A program made the position numbers and the translations under genes. A stretch of 63,260 nucleotides of DNA, counting the filler, from Nematocida ausubeli (taxonomy: Eukaryota), in assembly GCF_000738915.1 (NCBI RefSeq). It is 6 parts of 5 records of this genome, joined end to end, with 100 filler letters (N's around TTAATTAATTAA, not from the genome) between each part and the next. Parts side by side here need not be neighbours in the genome. Positions count along the whole stretch, not along the records: positions 57,413 to 63,260 come from NW_026515642.1; 5 more parts are not named here. The stretch is one strand, 5' to 3'. The notes beneath the pieces were generated by a model. It did not search any database and was not told where the DNA came from. It was given only the letters and a program-made list of their open reading frames with translations. Of this stretch, positions 57,313-63,260 are shown piece after piece; position 1 is the first letter of the stretch; each line of letters starts with the position of its first letter.

Positions 57313-58319
57313 NNNNNNNNNNNNNNNNNNNNNNNNNNNNNNNNNNNNNNNNNNNNTTAATTAATTAANNNNNNNNNNNNNNNNNNNNNNNNNNNNNNNN
57401 NNNNNNNNNNNNCATGAGATGCACAAACTTAGACACTTCTTTGACTAGAAAAGTCTTTATAAATTGCAATAAAAGCTTTTTCTCTACTATTTCTAAAGAA
57501 CTCTAGCTAAAGCACTTTATACAAAGCTTCTTCACATAGCACAGCTAGAATTAAAATATTTTATACTTAGCAAACATATAGTGAACAGCTAACAACATGG
57601 CTATGTATAGCTAAGCTAGCTGTATAATTATTGGTTTTCCTTGCCTTGAGAGCATGAAACCTTCTCTCTGGGTCGGCAATGTAGATTAGTGTTGGCTATT
57701 ATCTCCTAGTTTTGGCTGTAAGGCAGCACGCTAAAAGAGGATATGCTTGCATACATATAATTCATTTTAAATGGGTTGCACTTTTAGCCTTTATTTGCCC
57801 TTCAGCAAACAATTAACTATCTCCTGATAGTATGACAAAAGACATCTTCTAGAAGCTTTCAAAGTCTTATGTTTTTTGTCTAGAAAACTCTATTCTGGGA
57901 AGGCATGAATAGAGGACAGAAAATAAATTTATTCTATATTTTTGTATGATTGAGTGTAGCATTTCATAAAGAGAGAAATAAGCTATACTTCAAAACAAAT
58001 TTTTAGTCTTAAGATTTATATTTGAATATAACCCGATGTATTTACAACAAAATAGCGAGAAAACTATTTTATCGCATTTTCCTAACATACTTAAAATGTA
58101 AAAGCTTTTCATTAACATAGATTTATTAAAATTAAATAAATTTCTGACTTAACAAACCTGCAGTTATATTCATCCTCTATACCAACTACCAAGAGGTAGA
58201 ATTAAAAATAAAACAAAAAGAAAAGAATTTTAGCTTTACTTCACATACAAGTAAAAACACAGCAAAACAGAGCTAACTGCACTTTATTTTCTTGAATATA
58301 ATCTGAATAACCCGAGGCC

Positions 58320-59825
58320 CTAGCTAGATGCAGCACTATATATTCTAGAATTATTTCTCTCCAACACCTCTTCTGCACGGGCCAATTCATCTTTTCTCTT
58401 ATAAAAAACTTTTTTCTCATTTTCATACATACTATTTGCTATATCATATGCTACATACGCTTTATATTTTTCTCTTGCCTCAGATAGAAGGTCTTTCTGT
58501 ATATTACACATACCAATCCACAAACCATTCATTTTTTCTAGACTTTCTATATGCTTTGTGTGCATTTCTAATATCTCGTTTAGTGTTTCTGACTCTTTTC
58601 CTTCGTTGTTCTTTTTAAAATACTCTGCCTCTTTTTCTCTCGCAGAAAGCAGCATTTTTCCTTCATCATATACTTTATTATTTACCTCTATGGTATATTC
58701 CATTGGAATAGCTAACCTTTCCTCTAAGAGCATTAAAATCGAAAAATACTTGATTTTTTCTTCTCTTGAGTCACAACCTTTTTTCAACCCGTTGATTGCA
58801 ACCTTGTTGTATTCCTTATACGCATCCCACTTTTTTATTTGGTCACTGCACATCTTGTCTAACTCTTCTTTCATCACGCCAATCCTTTTTATTTGTTCGT
58901 CATACTCAAGGTCTATGCCGGTAGGTATTTGAGTATTTATCTCTTTTCTGTAGTAGTTGCAGATCTCTTCTTCTATAGAAGATTCTTTCTCTTGAATCAA
59001 TTTGTGCGTCTGCACAGACTCTATATATCTCTGTCTAGTACTGTCTAGCTTTTTGCCTACTTCAATAAAGATAGACCAAGATTTGTCTATATCTTCATTT
59101 AATTTTTCTAGAAAAGCTATCTCTCTATTTAATTCTTCTTCAGCGATATCCACATAATATTTAGCAAGATTTTGCTTTTTTTTCTCTTCTTCTATAAAAA
59201 GAGAGTTTTTTCTTTTGTCTGGCATAGGTACAGATGACAAAACTGAACTGCCAGAAACAGTATCACTATCACTTTCTTGTCTATCTAGTATGTGCTTGTC
59301 TTCTGTCTCTTTCGCTAGAATAGGTACAGCTGGTGAACCCGAACTGCCAGAAACAGTATCACTATCACTTTCTTGTCTATCTAGTGTAGAGTTATCTTCT
59401 GTCTCTTTCGCTAGAATAGGTACAGCTGACAAAACTGAACTGCCAGAAACAGTATTACTATCACTTTCTTGTCTATCTAGTATGTGCTTGTCTTCTGTCT
59501 CTTTCGCTAGAATAGGTACAGCTTGCGAGCCCGAACTGCTTTGAATAGTGCTATTGCTATTTCCTTGTCTATCTAGCGCGCGCCTATCTTCTGTCTCTCT
59601 CACTGGCATAGCCCATTCTCTTCTTTCCACTCTCTTCTTTCTTATATTTTCTAAAGAGCGAGCCTGTGTGTCTTCTTTTGCACTACATAATGTTTTTTTC
59701 AGCAATGTATCCTGCGCAGTATGCGTGCGTCTACTAAAATATTTTCTAGCCGCCATCACCAAAGACACAACCACGCTAATCGCCAATAATTTCCCTAAAG
59801 TGCTTTTCTTACACAGTGCTTTCAT
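58320..59825 (-). CDS. Family-3 N-anchored coiled-coil protein with 32-aa repeats
   Basis: First in-frame ATG at 59825; TM LLAISVVVSLVMAA, repeats, then an E/K-rich helical C-terminus. Confidence 0.87.
   Translation of the reverse strand: MKALCKKSTLGKLLAISVVVSLVMAARKYFSRRTHTAQDTLLKKTLCSAKEDTQARSLENIRKKRVERREWAMPVRETEDRRALDRQGNSNSTIQSSSGSQAVPILAKETEDKHILDRQESDSNTVSGSSVLSAVPILAKETEDNSTLDRQESDSDTVSGSSGSPAVPILAKETEDKHILDRQESDSDTVSGSSVLSSVPMPDKRKNSLFIEEEKKKQNLAKYYVDIAEEELNREIAFLEKLNEDIDKSWSIFIEVGKKLDSTRQRYIESVQTHKLIQEKESSIEEEICNYYRKEINTQIPTGIDLEYDEQIKRIGVMKEELDKMCSDQIKKWDAYKEYNKVAINGLKKGCDSREEKIKYFSILMLLEERLAIPMEYTIEVNNKVYDEGKMLLSAREKEAEYFKKNNEGKESETLNEILEMHTKHIESLEKMNGLWIGMCNIQKDLLSEAREKYKAYVAYDIANSMYENEKKVFYKRKDELARAEEVLERNNSRIYSAASS
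59224..59610. repeat. 96-bp coding tandem repeat (3 units plus 1 diverged)
   Basis: ATAGGTAC at 59224, 59320, 59416, 59512. Confidence 0.92.
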
Positions 59826-60542
59826 TTCTGCTTTTAACTTCCTTCCCCTGTGCGCGCATAAATAGTTCGTTTGGATTTCTGCTCTAATATTGACCACTAA
59901 AATAATAGCTGCATACTCTTTATAAGAGTGGGGGTTTCCTCCTTAAAGTGTTAGAAATGATCATGCTAAACTCCTTATAGCTTATTTCCCATCCATTGTC
60001 TATAAGCCACTAATAGTTGATCAATCAGTAATATGCAATCACCAATAGGCACGCCCTGTCCTACAATAAAAATATGTGTTCACTATCACGCACAGGATAA
60101 CCCGAAATGTGGATACATAATTTGTTTTAGTGTAAGCAAGCAGGGCCTCTTGTAGTGTGCTGGCCTAAAGCCAACTCAAAATAATCAGCATGCACCTACA
60201 CCATTGGTCTGGAAAAAGGATGGCATGCCCTCAAAGCATAGAGCTCAACAATAAATATTGCATGGATAGCTCAAATTCTTGACCATGAATAAATTTTAGT
60301 AAAAGTAAAGTAGAAATAGAAATAGCATAAGAGGTTTAGTTATTACTACACATAGCTCAAAATTGCTGCTAACATACACACTTTATCATCCAACTCCTAA
60401 AGACCCGAGATACTTTGTCTCCTAGCCTACCAGACTGCTTATACATGCTACTGCTGTGTTCTCTGCTGTGCACAGTATTCCGGTTATATCAAGATACCTG
60501 CAGCAGAAACTAAACACTGGCATTCAGGATATTTCTTCCCAA

Positions 60543-61730
60543 CTATTCTTCGAGGTTATGTAGTATCCTTTCAACTGTATCTAAAACTTTTTCCTGCGTT
60601 TTGCACTCACAATTAGCCGCATTGTATGCTTTATACATGCTGAATAGTTTCTTTGCTTTTAAAATAACATCTTTCTGGGCTTCGTATAGCTTAGTTAGCC
60701 CGCCAATCTCTTTCTGCATATATTTAAAGAGAGTGTTATGTAATTCTATTAATTCTTTTTTATTATTCTTCAAATCCTTGTTTTCTTCGCTCTTCAGTAG
60801 TGGATATAGCAGCATACTTTGGATATTATTTATTTCTGCTAATATTTTTAAATTATATTCTAGTTCAATACCTAACTCTATTTCTATATCTACTTTATTT
60901 GAATAGTAGTAAAATGAATCTTCTATTAATATATTCATATTATTTTCGGGTTCTATTCCATACATAAAAACTTTCTTACATATCACCTCTCTTCTTCTTT
61001 GATATTGTTTTAGTTCATTTATCTTTGCATATAGCAAAAGAATCCTATGCTTTTCTATGACATATTTCTTGCATTCGCTGCTTAGTATTTGAAAAGTAGT
61101 AGTATTGCAATCAATAGAGCGATTCTCAATCTCTCTGTATATATCATCTTCTTTGTCACTAGCCAAAGTACACTCTTTCTTAAATTCATCACTTTTCTCT
61201 CTAGCAGTTGTTAGTTCTTTACTACTGGTTAAAAATAAACTATAATTTTCTTGGGCCCGTTTTTTCATCGCTTTTAGTGTCTTTCTCTCTTTAGTGCACA
61301 CTTTCCTAAGCATATCCTCTATCTTCTGTGCTTTATTCATTGTATCATACATTACCTCTTTTTCCTCTTTTATAAAAGCAGAGCTCTTGTGTTCATCTGG
61401 TGCATACATTTCTAAAGGAGCATGAGTACCTCTGGTGTTTATGACATCATTCAATTGCTCAAATGGTATTGTTGTGCCTGCTTTCTCTTCTGCTTCTTTA
61501 CTTCCTCTATCATCAAATTGTCTGTTTTCATGCACTACACTATTTTCTTGATCTGTAGAAGATGTTCCCGACTCATCTATCATACTTAATGGTCTTTCCT
61601 GTGATTTGTCTTGGCTGAGTGGTGTGGCTACGCATGTGTATAGCATCATTTCTAGTATTAATAACACACGAGCGACCATTATCACATATTCTTTTATAGA
61701 CTCTTTGCTCGACTTCTTTTCTCTTGTCAT
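60543..61730 (-). CDS. Family-3 secreted/anchored coiled-coil protein
   Basis: Signal-like VIMVARVLLILEMMLYTCVA; SAFIKEEK and YKAYNAAN are shared with 58320. Confidence 0.87.
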   Translation of the reverse strand: MTREKKSSKESIKEYVIMVARVLLILEMMLYTCVATPLSQDKSQERPLSMIDESGTSSTDQENSVVHENRQFDDRGSKEAEEKAGTTIPFEQLNDVINTRGTHAPLEMYAPDEHKSSAFIKEEKEVMYDTMNKAQKIEDMLRKVCTKERKTLKAMKKRAQENYSLFLTSSKELTTAREKSDEFKKECTLASDKEDDIYREIENRSIDCNTTTFQILSSECKKYVIEKHRILLLYAKINELKQYQRRREVICKKVFMYGIEPENNMNILIEDSFYYYSNKVDIEIELGIELEYNLKILAEINNIQSMLLYPLLKSEENKDLKNNKKELIELHNTLFKYMQKEIGGLTKLYEAQKDVILKAKKLFSMYKAYNAANCECKTQEKVLDTVERILHNLEE

Positions 61731-62071
61731 GCTTTTTTCATATTCCGTGCTAATATACTTTACACATCATTTAGATTTCTTGCCTAATATTGTGCTCTTC
61801 TAGATCTCTAGCTATTTCTATGGTATGTCTGGCAAAAATATAAAATTAAAATTAAAGAGCTGCAAAGAGTTTAGTGATAATGTATATATATATATTCGGG
61901 TTATATGAGAGGGGTTGTCATTCGGGTTATTTGCCTTTCTTTCTACTAGGCCATCTCTGTAATAAACAACTACAGTATTTTTATGCAAATTCATTGTGTC
62001 CTATCAGTGTATACTTACATTCTAAACACATTTGAAGAATTTTGCCAAAAGATCCTTGTACTTGTCCTAGT

Positions 62072-62425
62072 AGCACTTATACATATCAATACATCTATAT
62101 TCTCTATTTATCTGTCTATTCTTTTATTTATATACATCTGTCTACTTTGTCTTTTTCTTCTCTTTCAGTGTGCTTCTTGTATTTTTATTCTCTTATATAT
62201 TGGAAAATAAAGTATACATATAGCCTTCTGAAGCAATTTATTTTACTAGAGTATAAAAAGAGAAATAAAGCACTAGAGGCAGGGAAAAGAAGAAAAGTAG
62301 CACATTTCAGAGAACCACTATTGCTCAGACATGAAGAGAGAAGAAAGAGAGAAACAGAAAGAGCGGCATACTCCAGGCAAGTAGAGAACAAAACAGGTAT
62401 TTATTGACAGCTATACATACACTCT
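62072..62425 (-). repeat. Fold-back element copy 5
   Basis: Reverse complement matches copies 1 and 2. Confidence 0.88.
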
Positions 62426-63047
62426 CTTACACACATCATAATAGTCTGTATTATGCACTACACACATATATAGAGGCACTTTGTCTGCGCATCCATCACA
62501 TTATACATATGTATAGCATAGAAACAGCTCTGTTAAACATCCTCTGGGCACACTCTGAGTTGAGTTTTATTTTTATTTTCCTCTGGCTATACACATATTG
62601 AAGGAGTACACTTTCTAGTGCACAGACACTGCATTGATCTACTACCACTCAACTCCTTTATTTAGACTGCCTGAGTGCACATATCTTGGCTATATCAGAG
62701 TGGCCATCTAGCATAGCCAGGCTTCGGTGTTTTCAGTATACTGCTTTTAACGCCATTGCATAGTACACTAATATATCTAGATTAGATGATAAATAAAGAA
62801 GCCTATTCAATAGGACAGGCTTTGTGTATCTGAGTCTGTTTTATGAGAGAACCATACGAGTGTTTTCTAACTATTGGTCTGCAGGACAGCAGAATAGTAT
62901 GAAGATGATTTCACTGGCATATTTACATATGCAGATTGGATACAATCACTGGCCCAACTAAAGCAAAGAACTGTTTTTGCTTATTGGCTTATTATAAATT
63001 GCATATAATTGACCTATAAAAAAATGATCTATATATAGAAATAATTG

Positions 63048-63260
63048 ATGCAAAGGATAATAATGAAAAGCGAGAAATTAAAACGGTTAGAGAGAAAATC
63101 TTTTTTCGATTTACAAAGAATGATCAGCAGACTACTTCTAAGCCTAGTGATAATGCAAAGTATTCTTGCAAGAATCGATATGGAAGACATAAAGACAGTC
63201 AGTGAGACTTTTGTTGGCGAGAAGCAGGATGTGGTTATTAACCCAAGAGGCCCATTGAAT
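63048..63260 (+). CDS. NemLGF1-like protein, 5' part, runs off window end
   Basis: MQRIIMKSEKLKRLERKSFFDLQRMISRLLLSLVIMQSILARIDMEDIKTVSETFVGEKQDVVINPRGPLN; alternative ATG at 63120. Confidence 0.85.
   Translation, partial: MQRIIMKSEKLKRLERKSFFDLQRMISRLLLSLVIMQSILARIDMEDIKTVSETFVGEKQDVVINPRGPLN

Overview
AT-rich, intron-poor eukaryotic DNA. The dominant gene family matches what I recall of the Nematocida (microsporidia) large gene family NemLGF1, so the organism assignment is an inference. The window is several contigs joined by artificial N44-TTAATTAATTAA-N44 linkers, plus two 100-N gaps with duplicated flanks. It holds about 11 full, partial or truncated members of a secreted large gene family (motifs NPxGPLN, FPS, ILAxLLLxxEG, SPxFLIQxYI, ExxLLxLxCCxxYxP), two smaller N-terminally anchored coiled-coil families with pseudogenes, and several orphan membrane proteins. 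One contig carries housekeeping genes: UTP23, a SNF2 helicase, an MFS-like transporter and a possible minimal MED17. The most unusual signals are non-coding. (1) Helically phased arrays of a 17-bp motif (GTGGATTAAGTCTTGTC) invert about a dyad at 40506-40520 and are also translated inside the transporter's loops. (2) A ~350-bp imperfect fold-back element occurs in 5 clear and 2 diverged copies, always co-oriented with and upstream of a secreted or membrane gene. (3) Promoter cassettes are shuffled between gene families. (4) TAACCCG/CGGGTTA is strongly enriched. No rRNA, tRNA, CRISPR array or transposase was recognised.
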